Source of the DNA: Clostridia bacterium
GTDB lineage: Bacteria > Bacillota > Clostridia > Christensenellales > UBA1242
NCBI GenBank assembly: GCA_045594425.1
Contig: JAZNYK010000006.1
Span: 138,619-202,618, forward strand
Reading direction: 5' to 3'
DNA: 64,000 nucleotides
In this document: piece by piece, positions 36,253 through 45,737 of the stretch
Position numbering within the stretch: the stretch's first letter is position 1
Layout: each line of letters opens with the position of its first letter
Made by a program: the position numbers and the translations under genes
Notes under the pieces: generated by a model
What the model saw: only the letters and a program-made list of their open reading frames with translations
Database searches by the model: none
What the model was told of the DNA's origin: nothing

Positions 36253-38430
36253 ATGAAAATTATCAAGAGAAGTGGTGAGGAACAAGAATTTGATTCACAA
36301 AAAATCATCAATGCTGTAAGCAAGGCAAACGTAACAGTTAGTGAAAGATTGCGTCTTTCAGAAGAACAACTTGTTGATATTGCTGAAAACATTGAAAGAA
36401 GATGCAAAAAAATCAAACGTGCCTTGAGCGTTGAAGAAATTCAAGATTTGGTTGAACATCAAATCATGCAAATGGGTGCTTTTGACGTTGCTAAAAACTA
36501 TATCACCTATCGCTATCAAAGAGCACTTGATAGACAATCAAACACAACCGACAAACAAATCATGTCACTCATTGAATGCAATAATGAAGAAGTTAAGCAA
36601 GAGAACTCAAACAAGAACCCAACCATCAACTCTGTTCAAAGAGACTATATGGCTGGTGAAGTTTCAAAAGACCTCTGCAAAAGATTCTTGGTTCCTGAAG
36701 ATGTTATGAAAGCCCATGAAGAAGGCTTGATTCATTTCCATGATTCAGACTATTTTGCACAAAGAATGCACAACTGTGACCTTGTTAACCTTGAAGATAT
36801 GCTTCAAAACGGCACTGTTATTTCAGGCACAATGATTGAAAAACCTCATTCATTCTCAACCGCTTGTAACATTGCAACACAAATCATCGCACAAGTTGCA
36901 TCAAACCAATATGGTGGACAAAGTATCACTCTTACCCACCTTGCTCCATTTGTTGATGTTTCTAGAAAGAAAATCAGAAGAAAAACTGAAGAAGAATTCA
37001 AAACTCTTGGAATTGACGTTTCTGAAGAACAATTAACAGAAATTGTTGAAAACAAAGTTAAAGACGAAATCAACAAAGGTATCCAAACAATTCAATATCA
37101 AGTTGTAACACTCATGACAACAAATGGTCAAGCACCATTTATCACAGTGTTTATGTATTTGGGCGAAGCAAAAAATGAACAAGAAAAGAAAGACCTTGCA
37201 ATAATGATTGAAGAAACATTAAAGCAAAGAATTCAAGGCGTTAAAAACCAAAAAGGTGTTTACATCACACCAGCATTTCCAAAACTTATTTATGTTCTTG
37301 AAGAACAAAACATTCATGAAGATAGCCCTTACTATTACCTTACAGAACTTGCTGCAAAATGCACAGCAAAACGTATGGTTCCTGACTATATTTCAGAAAA
37401 GAAAATGCTTGAACTCAAAGTTGACAAAAATGGTGAAGGTCACTGTTACACCTGCATGGGTTGCAGAAGTTTCTTAACACCATTTATTGACGAAGAAGGC
37501 AAGCCAAAATATTATGGCAGATTCAACCAAGGCGTTGTTACTGTAAACCTTGTTGATATTGCCCTTTCATCAAGAAAAGATATGAAGAAATTCTGGAAAA
37601 TCTTTGATGAAAGAATGGAACTTTGCCACAAAGGTTTGCAAACAAGACACGAAAGACTCACTGGCACACTTTCAGACGCTGCTCCAATCCTTTGGCAATA
37701 TGGCGCTCTTGCAAGACTCAAGCCAGGCGAAACCATCGACAAACTTTTGCATGGTGGCTATTCAACCATTTCTTTAGGCTATGCTGGTTTGTGGGAAACC
37801 GTTTATTACCTTTCAGGCAAAAAACTTACCGAACCTGAAGGCAAAGAACTTGGCATTGAAATTTTGAAAAAACTTAACGAATATACCAAAAAGTGGAAAG
37901 AAGCAGAAAACATCGACTATTCACTTTATGGCACACCACTTGAATCAACAACTTACAAATTCTCAAAATGCTTGCAAAAGAGATTTGGTATTGTTGAAGG
38001 TGTAACAGACAAAAACTACATCACAAACAGTTATCACGTTCACGTAACAGAACCAATCAACGCATTTGAAAAACTTGCACTTGAAAGTGAATTCCAAGCA
38101 CTTTCACCTGGTGGAGCAATCTCATACGTTGAAGTTCCAAATATGCAAAACAACATCCCTGCTGTTCTCGAAGTTATGAAATTTATCTACGACAACATCA
38201 TGTATGCTGAACTTAACACAAAATCTGACTACTGTATGTGCTGTGAATATGACGGCGAAATTGAAATCAAAGAAGATGAAGGTGGCAAACTTGTTTGGAA
38301 ATGTCCAAACTGTGGAAACACCGACCAAACAAAAATGAACGTTGCAAGAAGAACTTGCGGCTACATTGGTTCACAATATTGGAACCAAGGCAGAACTCAA
38401 GAAATCAAAGAAAGAGTTTTACACTTATAA
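36253..38430 (+). CDS. nrdD: Anaerobic ribonucleoside-triphosphate reductase
   Basis: 725 aa. It has an N-terminal ATP-cone (MKIIKRSGEEQEFDSQKI), a C-terminal Zn ribbon (CxxC...CPNCG) and a glycyl-radical motif (RRTCGYIG). Confidence 0.95.
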   Translation: MKIIKRSGEEQEFDSQKIINAVSKANVTVSERLRLSEEQLVDIAENIERRCKKIKRALSVEEIQDLVEHQIMQMGAFDVAKNYITYRYQRALDRQSNTTDKQIMSLIECNNEEVKQENSNKNPTINSVQRDYMAGEVSKDLCKRFLVPEDVMKAHEEGLIHFHDSDYFAQRMHNCDLVNLEDMLQNGTVISGTMIEKPHSFSTACNIATQIIAQVASNQYGGQSITLTHLAPFVDVSRKKIRRKTEEEFKTLGIDVSEEQLTEIVENKVKDEINKGIQTIQYQVVTLMTTNGQAPFITVFMYLGEAKNEQEKKDLAIMIEETLKQRIQGVKNQKGVYITPAFPKLIYVLEEQNIHEDSPYYYLTELAAKCTAKRMVPDYISEKKMLELKVDKNGEGHCYTCMGCRSFLTPFIDEEGKPKYYGRFNQGVVTVNLVDIALSSRKDMKKFWKIFDERMELCHKGLQTRHERLTGTLSDAAPILWQYGALARLKPGETIDKLLHGGYSTISLGYAGLWETVYYLSGKKLTEPEGKELGIEILKKLNEYTKKWKEAENIDYSLYGTPLESTTYKFSKCLQKRFGIVEGVTDKNYITNSYHVHVTEPINAFEKLALESEFQALSPGGAISYVEVPNMQNNIPAVLEVMKFIYDNIMYAELNTKSDYCMCCEYDGEIEIKEDEGGKLVWKCPNCGNTDQTKMNVARRTCGYIGSQYWNQGRTQEIKERVLHL

Positions 38431-38440
38431 GGAGGGCATT

Positions 38441-38965
38441 ATGAATTACGGAAACATCAAAAATACAGATATAGCAAATGGTGAAGGCATTAGAGTTTCT
38501 TTGTTTGTTTCCGGATGCACTCATCACTGCAAAAACTGTTTCAATCCAGAAACTTGGGATTTTTGCTACGGCAAGCCATTCACTGAAGAAGTTGAGGAAA
38601 AAATCATCAAGATGCTTGAACCTGACTATGTTAACGGTTTAACACTTCTTGGTGGTGAACCTATGGAACCTCAAAACCAAAAAGCACTCCTTCCATTTAT
38701 TAAAAAAGTTCGTGAAAAATTTGGAAACAAAAAAAACATTTGGTGCTACACAGGTTTTATCTTTGATAAAGACCTTGCCCCAAACGGAAGAGTTTATTGT
38801 GATGCAACATCAGAACTTTTAAATAACATTGATGTTTTGGTTGATGGTCCTTTTATTGAAGACCTTAAAAACCTTTCACTTAAATTTAGAGGTTCTTCAA
38901 ATCAAAGAATTATCAATCTTCCAGAAACATTCAAAACAAACGAAATCGTTTTAAAAATGGCATAA
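38441..38965 (+). CDS. nrdG: Anaerobic RNR activating radical-SAM protein
   Basis: The start is at MNYGNIKNTD, after AAGGAGG. It has a CTHHCKNC radical-SAM cluster motif. Confidence 0.9.
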   Translation: MNYGNIKNTDIANGEGIRVSLFVSGCTHHCKNCFNPETWDFCYGKPFTEEVEEKIIKMLEPDYVNGLTLLGGEPMEPQNQKALLPFIKKVREKFGNKKNIWCYTGFIFDKDLAPNGRVYCDATSELLNNIDVLVDGPFIEDLKNLSLKFRGSSNQRIINLPETFKTNEIVLKMA

Positions 38966-39065
38966 TCAAAAACACTTGGCTAGTTCCAAGTGTTTTTTTT
39001 GCGCAATTTTTAATAAATTTATGACAAATTATTACATATTGAAAATTTTATGCTATAATTTGAGC

Positions 39066-39911
39066 ATGGAAAATGAAATTTTAGACAAAGCAATCAAAGG
39101 CATTCGCAAAAAATATCATAAAGAATTATTCTCCACATTTGCCAAAGCGTTAAATGAATATGAATTGCTTGAACCAAATGACAAGGTTGCTGTTTGCATT
39201 TCTGGAGGAAAAGACTCTATGCTTATGGCTATGCTTTTTCAAGAATTAAAAGTGCACAACAAGTTCCCTTTTGAACTTGAATTTTTAGTTATGGACCCCG
39301 GATATAGCCCCGCAAACAGAAAACAAATTGAAGATAATGCAAAAACATTAAACATACCAATAACCACCTTTGAAAGTGACATTTTTGACAGCGTGGTTAA
39401 TATTGACAAATCTCCATGCTATGTTTGTGCAAGAATGCGCAGGGGGCACCTATATGCAAAAGCCAAAGAACTTGGTTGCAACAAAATTGCACTTGGTCAT
39501 CATTATGACGATGTTATTGAAACTATTTTAATGGGTATGCTTTATGGTGCACAAGTTCAAACAATGATGCCAAAACTTCACAGCACCAACTTTGAAGGTA
39601 TGCAACTTATTCGCCCACTCTATTTAGTCAGAGAAAAAGATATTATTGCTTGGCGTGATTATGCTGGGTTAACATTTTTGCAATGTGCTTGCAAGTTCAC
39701 AGAAACTGTTCAAGACGAAATTGACAACGCAGATGTATTAAGTTCAAAACGTCATAAAGTTAAAGAACTTATTGCAAGCCTCGCAAAAGAAGACCCTCAA
39801 ATAGAATATAACATTTTTAGAAGTGTTGAAAATGTTAATCTGTCAACAATCATTGAATATAAAGACAAAGACGGAAAAAAACATAATTTTAAAGATGATT
39901 ATGATAAATAA
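39066..39911 (+). CDS. ttcA: PP-loop ATPase, tRNA 2-thiocytidine synthase (TtcA)-like
   Basis: The start is at MENEILDK. It has SGGKDS and CYVCARMRRG motifs. Confidence 0.65.
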   Translation: MENEILDKAIKGIRKKYHKELFSTFAKALNEYELLEPNDKVAVCISGGKDSMLMAMLFQELKVHNKFPFELEFLVMDPGYSPANRKQIEDNAKTLNIPITTFESDIFDSVVNIDKSPCYVCARMRRGHLYAKAKELGCNKIALGHHYDDVIETILMGMLYGAQVQTMMPKLHSTNFEGMQLIRPLYLVREKDIIAWRDYAGLTFLQCACKFTETVQDEIDNADVLSSKRHKVKELIASLAKEDPQIEYNIFRSVENVNLSTIIEYKDKDGKKHNFKDDYDK

Positions 39912-39930
39912 AAGATGATTATGATAAATA
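39891..39930 (+). repeat. Perfect 20-bp tandem duplication spanning the ttcA-like stop codon
   Basis: AAAGATGATTATGATAAATA occurs twice in tandem (39891-39910 and 39911-39930). Confidence 0.9.
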
Positions 39931-39992
39931 AAACCGCAAAAATATAAAAATAATCATAAAAAAATCCCTAAAAAATAGGGATTTTTATTTTT

Positions 39993-40190
39993 TTACTTTG
40001 ATTTATAATACAACATACAATGGCAAAAACCTTCAAACTCTGGGTCTTTAATTTGGTCACGGAACTCTTTGCACATACATTTGTTTTCCTCAATTCTTTC
40101 ACGTTTGCATGGGCAGTATCCACCTGTTTTCTTTAACCCCTCTTGAATAACCTCAACCATTTTTTTGTCTTTATTAAATTCAACTTTCAT
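39993..40190 (-). CDS. Ferredoxin-thioredoxin-reductase catalytic-domain-like mini-protein
   Basis: 65 aa with a CPC-x9-CMC-x15-CHC cysteine pattern. Confidence 0.55.
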   Translation of the reverse strand: MKVEFNKDKKMVEVIQEGLKKTGGYCPCKRERIEENKCMCKEFRDQIKDPEFEGFCHCMLYYKSK

Positions 40191-40201
40191 AACATCTCAC
40201 C

Positions 40202-40576
40202 TTAGGCTTTCCACAAACTATGCAAATTGCAATAAGCATAAACTGCTTCAACCTCATCGCCTTCGCAAAGAGCGAAACTAACCTTTGGTTCGTCACCAGG
40301 TTTTAAAGCCTTTCTTTGACTTCCAGTTTTTGTTTGAAGTGAAACCCATTCAATATAATGTTCTTCACTCATTGGATGTAACACACTTCCAACAACAACT
40401 TCAACAATATTTCCTTTAACTTCATAAACAGGAACGTGTTTTTCAACCGAAGCATCTGTTGTTCCTGCAACAAGTTCTGTCATAGGCGAACCACAACAAA
40501 CAACTGGCACACCACTAGCCTTAACCGACTCCACAATATTTCCACAATGTTTACAAATATAAAATTTTTGTTCCAT
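40202..40576 (-). CDS. dfx: Desulfoferrodoxin (superoxide reductase)
   Basis: 124 aa. It has an N-terminal desulforedoxin motif (CKHCGN...CCG) and a C-terminal SOR domain (HPMSEEHYIEW...CNLH). Confidence 0.85.
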   Translation of the reverse strand: MEQKFYICKHCGNIVESVKASGVPVVCCGSPMTELVAGTTDASVEKHVPVYEVKGNIVEVVVGSVLHPMSEEHYIEWVSLQTKTGSQRKALKPGDEPKVSFALCEGDEVEAVYAYCNLHSLWKA

Positions 40577-40674
40577 AATATAATTCTCCTTTGTTTTATA
40601 ACATATTCATTATACAACAAAAATAATATATTTTCCTACAATTTAAATACTATTTTTAAATAAAAAACACTTCA

Positions 40675-41589
40675 TTATTTTGAAGTGTTTTTCTTTTTTA
40701 TCACAACCTTTTTCTTTTTTGCTGACTGATTATTTTTGTTTGTTGTTTTCTTTTTTGAAGAATCTATTGTTTGTGTTTTTTGTTGTTTTTTATCTTTTGC
40801 TGATTCTTCGGCATTTTCAACTGCAAAAGTAAGTGACATTGAATTTAATTCTTCATTTTCTGGCTTATTTACAACTTCAATCATGTTATCAATTGGTCTA
40901 ACACGTTTTTTAATGAATGTTAAATCTTCAATTTTTACACGCTTTTTAAGAACAAATATTGCACATATTGTGCACACGGTTGCAGCCCCAATAGAATCCA
41001 AAATCAAATCTTTCATTGTATCAAGAACCGCTTCTGTTCCAACAAATGGCTCACCTCTGCCAGACATTGTTGAGACATAGGCTCTTTGCATATTTAAGCC
41101 AAACATTGTGTCAAATGCAAATTCCAAAATTTCCCACAAAGCACCAATTGCAAGGGTTACAGAAAATGCAAAAATAACAACAAATGGTAAACTTAACTTA
41201 AACCCATTTCCATTATCTTTGTTTAAAAGGTTTATAAGCGAGAAACTCAAAAGTGCAATAAGCATTCCAGAGAATGTGTGGAGTGCTGCATCCCACCACT
41301 TAACCTTTACAAAAAATCCCAAGATTTCGCCAAACAAGAAGTGCGCCAAACAGAAACATATAAATAAAAAGTAAACAAATTCAGGAATATCTAAATCTAT
41401 TTTTTTCAAGAACACAGGGAGCATTGAAACAATTAAAAACATTCCACTTTGTGCACAGTTGAACATATAGTCAGACTTAACTGAATGGTCTTCATTTAAA
41501 AACATACCAATCAAACTAACAATAAAAACAATACCCAACAATATTCTGTGATAAATATAAGTCACTCTAGTAAATCTCTTCATTAGCAT
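40675..41589 (-). CDS. Integral membrane protein with Lys-rich C-terminal tail
   Basis: 304 aa with multiple TM segments. The tail is KKKTTNKNNQSAKKKKVVIKKK. Confidence 0.55.
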   Translation of the reverse strand: MLMKRFTRVTYIYHRILLGIVFIVSLIGMFLNEDHSVKSDYMFNCAQSGMFLIVSMLPVFLKKIDLDIPEFVYFLFICFCLAHFLFGEILGFFVKVKWWDAALHTFSGMLIALLSFSLINLLNKDNGNGFKLSLPFVVIFAFSVTLAIGALWEILEFAFDTMFGLNMQRAYVSTMSGRGEPFVGTEAVLDTMKDLILDSIGAATVCTICAIFVLKKRVKIEDLTFIKKRVRPIDNMIEVVNKPENEELNSMSLTFAVENAEESAKDKKQQKTQTIDSSKKKTTNKNNQSAKKKKVVIKKKNTSK

Positions 41590-41704
41590 CCCCCTTTCTT
41601 AAATTTTATAACTCTTATAATTTAATAAATTCTAAACTCAAAGTCAATACTAAATCAGAAATTAAATAATTGTAAAAATTTTGTAAAAGAAAATCAAGAC
41701 ATCT

Positions 41705-42292
41705 TTAGATGTCTTGATTTTTTTGACTTTGTCTTTTGAGACGTTTGAGCACTATTTGCAACTTTGGTGTGTTATACCTTAAAACCATTGTTGGCAAAAT
41801 GTTTAAAAACAAATTAACAATTGCAACCGGAACACCAATCACCAATGCGTATTTTAATGGAAATAAAAATACGCCCAAAAAGCCAACAAAATAGCCAATT
41901 CTGTGAGTTAAAACCCCTTTGTTGCTTTCAATGATAAATCTTTCGATATACTCTGGATTATTTGGGTCATTTAACTTATTTTTTCTAAAACCACCAAGTC
42001 CACCAAGTTCCCAAACTTTATCTTTCCATTTTCTGATTTTTAGTTTTTCATAAAACTTTTGGCAACGTTTTGAAACTTGATAATGTTTGTTATCAACAGC
42101 AAACCACTTGTTAGGCATTTTGTTAACAATTATTGCAAACAAACCGTCAATTGCAAATTGAAACACAGTTGATGCAAAAGTCATCAAAATAACCGCCCAC
42201 CATGAATAACCAAATGTTGCAGTTCCAAAAATTATATTTAAACCTGAAATCACAACATTTGCAACAAATATTATGCTTAAATATAAAACCAT
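41705..42292 (-). CDS. Small integral membrane protein (possibly a CrtO-like glycolipid acyltransferase family member)
   Basis: 195 aa with 4 TM segments. The family guess rests only on size, topology and context. Confidence 0.3.
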   Translation of the reverse strand: MVLYLSIIFVANVVISGLNIIFGTATFGYSWWAVILMTFASTVFQFAIDGLFAIIVNKMPNKWFAVDNKHYQVSKRCQKFYEKLKIRKWKDKVWELGGLGGFRKNKLNDPNNPEYIERFIIESNKGVLTHRIGYFVGFLGVFLFPLKYALVIGVPVAIVNLFLNILPTMVLRYNTPKLQIVLKRLKRQSQKNQDI

Positions 42293-42304
42293 TATTTTCC
42301 CTTT

Positions 42305-43132
42305 TTATTTATCATAAGTAAGTTTTGTTTTATAAAAGTCTTCGTAACACTTAACCCACGCTTTATAATTTTGCTCTTTCATATATTCAATATTTTGCTT
42401 CTTATTAAGTTCTGGCTTTGGATAAATTGCAGGCAATATATTCATTGTGTATTTTTGAACATAAAAACCATCATTATCCAAAACATCGCTGTCTTCCATT
42501 GTAATAAAAATTGGAACAACCGGAACTCCGCTTGAAATTGCAAGTCTAAAGGCACCATTTTGCATTGGTCTTGGCTTTCTATAGTTCCACCACATACCCT
42601 GCTCTGGATAAATCAAAATGTTTTCACCACGCTTTAAAAGAACATCAACTGACTTTAAAAACTTTTTCATTGTTTCTGTGTTTGATGAAAGAGGCAAAGT
42701 GTTACAGTGTTTCATAAACAAACCAAAAGGCGCTGGTGGATTTGTGTAGTTGCCTTCTCTAATAACCTTATACAAAAGTCTGCCGTTCATATAAGGTTTT
42801 AAAGTCTTCCAAACAGCATAGTTATCACAAGGGTTAAAGTGATTGCAAGTAACAATTGAACCACCTGCAACTTTAACAAAGTTTTCAATTCCAACAACTT
42901 TATCAATAATAAGTTGTTTGTTTTTTATCATCTTTTCAAAAAACTTTTGACCTGCAAGGTTTGCAAAAAATGTTTTTATTTTGCTAGAAAGTTTTTTGTT
43001 TAAATAGTCCACTTTGTTTGGCAAAAGTTCAATTGTTTCTGGGTCATCTTCAACATCATGGTCCCAAAGTTGATTTTTTTCAAGTTCGGCTATTTTTTCA
43101 ATTATTTTTAATCTTGATTCCGATTTTTCCAT
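42305..43132 (-). CDS. 1-acyl-sn-glycerol-3-phosphate (lysophospholipid) acyltransferase family protein
   Basis: 275 aa with H-x4-D (CNHFNPCD) and YPEQG motifs. Confidence 0.65.
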   Translation of the reverse strand: MEKSESRLKIIEKIAELEKNQLWDHDVEDDPETIELLPNKVDYLNKKLSSKIKTFFANLAGQKFFEKMIKNKQLIIDKVVGIENFVKVAGGSIVTCNHFNPCDNYAVWKTLKPYMNGRLLYKVIREGNYTNPPAPFGLFMKHCNTLPLSSNTETMKKFLKSVDVLLKRGENILIYPEQGMWWNYRKPRPMQNGAFRLAISSGVPVVPIFITMEDSDVLDNDGFYVQKYTMNILPAIYPKPELNKKQNIEYMKEQNYKAWVKCYEDFYKTKLTYDK

Positions 43133-43147
43133 AATATCAAACTACCA

Positions 43148-44101
43148 TTAATTATTTTTGTTTAATTTCTTTTTAAAAGTATTTTCAGAATGCGAATATT
43201 CAATCGCTTTGATTTGAATGTCAATACCTGCTCTTTCTTTTTTGAGTCTTGCAAGGTCATCAAAACCATCTCTGATTGCGACAATGTCTTCATAGAATGG
43301 AGAATCTTTTGCATATTCCCAGAAATGGAATCCTAAAAACATATCAGGAACGTGCCAAGGTTTTGCTCCAAGTGCATAGTGAACAATTTTTGGAGATTCA
43401 CATTCAACACCTTCAAGTGGTGTTCTGTTCCATTCAAATGGCAAGTATTTAATTTTTCCTCTGCACAAATAGTTCATATAAGATTGGTCTGGGTCAATAA
43501 CATTGAAGTTGTATGTATTGATAAGTTCAACAAATTGTTCTTCAATTTTATTTTCTCTAAATTTTGCGAGGTCCATAATCATGATGCCTGCATTAATATA
43601 ATATTTACTTTCAATTCCAACGGCTTCTTTTGTATAATAACTAAAGATTGGTGAATGTAAAATCCAATTTTCAATAACACCACCAATATAGTTGTCTTCA
43701 AGGTCGGTAAAATAAAGTTCAGAAATATCCCCAAGAACAATAATGTCACAATCTAAATATAAGATTTTGTCATATTGTGGAAACAAAGTTTGAATGAAAA
43801 GTCTATACCATGTTGCAAGACCAAAGTGTTGTTCGATTGGAAGCAAATTTCTAATATCTTTAATATAATCAGAAATGTCTGCAAACTCGATTGTAAAGTT
43901 TTCATTTTCAAGCATTTCAACTTTTTCTACATTTTCTTGTTTTAAACCTGTGTTCAAAACAATAATTTTATATTGATAGTCCTTTGATGCATTTGCAATA
44001 AGTGACCTTATTGTAACATCCAAAAATGGAACATAATTATCGTCTGTTGAAAAGAAAATAGGTATTTCGCCGTTAATAATGTCTTTTTTTAATTTAACCA
44101 T
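43148..44101 (-). CDS. Glycosyltransferase family 8
   Basis: 317 aa with FFSTDDNYVP, YLDCDIIVLGD (DxD) and a GT8-like HYALGAKPW. Confidence 0.75.
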   Translation of the reverse strand: MVKLKKDIINGEIPIFFSTDDNYVPFLDVTIRSLIANASKDYQYKIIVLNTGLKQENVEKVEMLENENFTIEFADISDYIKDIRNLLPIEQHFGLATWYRLFIQTLFPQYDKILYLDCDIIVLGDISELYFTDLEDNYIGGVIENWILHSPIFSYYTKEAVGIESKYYINAGIMIMDLAKFRENKIEEQFVELINTYNFNVIDPDQSYMNYLCRGKIKYLPFEWNRTPLEGVECESPKIVHYALGAKPWHVPDMFLGFHFWEYAKDSPFYEDIVAIRDGFDDLARLKKERAGIDIQIKAIEYSHSENTFKKKLNKNN

Positions 44102-44367
44102 AAAATTTCTCCTTCGTGCTTTTCACGCACATACATTATTGCAAATATATTAAAATTTTACAAGTTTTTACAACACATTTTGCTCCCGACATTTATTCAA
44201 GTTCTGGGAATTGCAAAAAATCATTCCCATTTTCTGGGAATCACCTCTTAAATTATGAAAAATTCAGCACTACAAATTACCATTTTTTGTAACATATACC
44301 AAAATTTTTATTGTAACAGGTTGATTTGTAAAACAAATTTTAGTATACTTTTTGTAAGGAGAATATT

Positions 44368-44958
44368 ATGAAAGACATCAAAAATATTATTGCAGACAAC
44401 TTAATATCCCTTCGAAAACAACACAAACTCACTCAAAATGAACTAGCAGAAAAATTAAATTATTCCGACAACACCATTTCAAGATGGGAAAAAGCAGAAA
44501 TCACTCCAAGTGTTGAAACTTTGGTTCAAATTAGTGAAGTTTATGATGTTTCACTAGAATCTCTTTTAAAAGAAAATGTCATTAAAGAAGTAACTGAAAC
44601 AAGCCGTGCAATAAAAATGAAAAAACTTTCAACAATTTTACTTGGTGTGTCTGTTGTTTGGTTTTTTGCGGTTATTGCTTTCTTTTATATGGAAACATTC
44701 TTTAACTATAACGGCTGGACACTATTTATATGGTCAATTCCACTTTCCTGCTTGGTTTTGCTTGGATTTAACAAATATGTAAACAGCAGGGCTTATAGTT
44801 TTGTGTTTAGCACAATTTTGATATGGTCACTCATCACAAGCATTTATTTGCAATTCCTTAAATATAATTTGTTTTTAATTTATTTCATTGGAATTCCTGT
44901 TCAACTTTCTATTACAATCTACACATTTGTTAGACCAAAAAAACATAAAGAAAAATAA
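44368..44958 (+). CDS. XRE-family HTH regulator with C-terminal membrane domain
   Basis: 196 aa. The N-terminal HTH reads LRKQHKLTQNELAEKLNYSDNTISRWE, followed by 4 TM segments. Confidence 0.7.
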   Translation: MKDIKNIIADNLISLRKQHKLTQNELAEKLNYSDNTISRWEKAEITPSVETLVQISEVYDVSLESLLKENVIKEVTETSRAIKMKKLSTILLGVSVVWFFAVIAFFYMETFFNYNGWTLFIWSIPLSCLVLLGFNKYVNSRAYSFVFSTILIWSLITSIYLQFLKYNLFLIYFIGIPVQLSITIYTFVRPKKHKEK

Positions 44959-45065
44959 AAACACTCAAACATCGTTTGGGTGTTTTTTTACAAAACTTTT
45001 ACAATTAAAATATACTATTTTAATAAACTATATGCTATTATATAATCGTATAATGGAGGCGAACT

Positions 45066-45737
45066 ATGGCTAAAATTTTAATTGTTGAAGACGATAAAGA
45101 CTTAAATGGTTTAATTTCAACCTGTTTTGAAGATAATGGATTTGTCACAACCTGTTGCTACAACGGGCTGGAAGCACTTGAACAATTTGAAAATGAAGAA
45201 TTTGATTTAATTTTAAGCGATATCATGATGCCTGTTTTAGATGGTTTTTCTTTAGTTGAAAAAATTCGTTCAAAAAACTCTAATATTCCTATTATTTTCA
45301 TGACTGCCCGTGATGATAAATTTTCAAAACAACTTGGCTATAAAATTGGCATTGATGATTATATTGTAAAGCCATTTGATATTGATGAACTTGTTTTAAA
45401 AACAAATGCTATTCTTCGCAGGGTTAACATTAACACAACAAACAATTTAACAATCGGAAATCTCACTCTAGACAACATTGAGCACATGGCATATTTAAAC
45501 GGAAATGAACTTGCTTTAACCGTTCGTGAGTTCGACCTCTTATTCAAACTTTTGTCTTACCCAAAAAAAACATTTACAAGGTCTGCTTTAATGGAAGAGT
45601 TTTGGGATTTTGACTCTTCTGCAACATCACGAACTGTTGATGTTTACATGGCAAAACTTCGTGATAAAACAAGCAAATGTGATGGTTTTGAAATTGTCAC
45701 TGTTCACGGGCTTGGATATAAGGTGGTGTTAAAATGA
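45066..45737 (+). CDS. OmpR-family response regulator
   Basis: 223 aa with a receiver domain (DLILSDIMMP) and a winged-helix output domain. Confidence 0.85.
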   Translation: MAKILIVEDDKDLNGLISTCFEDNGFVTTCCYNGLEALEQFENEEFDLILSDIMMPVLDGFSLVEKIRSKNSNIPIIFMTARDDKFSKQLGYKIGIDDYIVKPFDIDELVLKTNAILRRVNINTTNNLTIGNLTLDNIEHMAYLNGNELALTVREFDLLFKLLSYPKKTFTRSALMEEFWDFDSSATSRTVDVYMAKLRDKTSKCDGFEIVTVHGLGYKVVLK

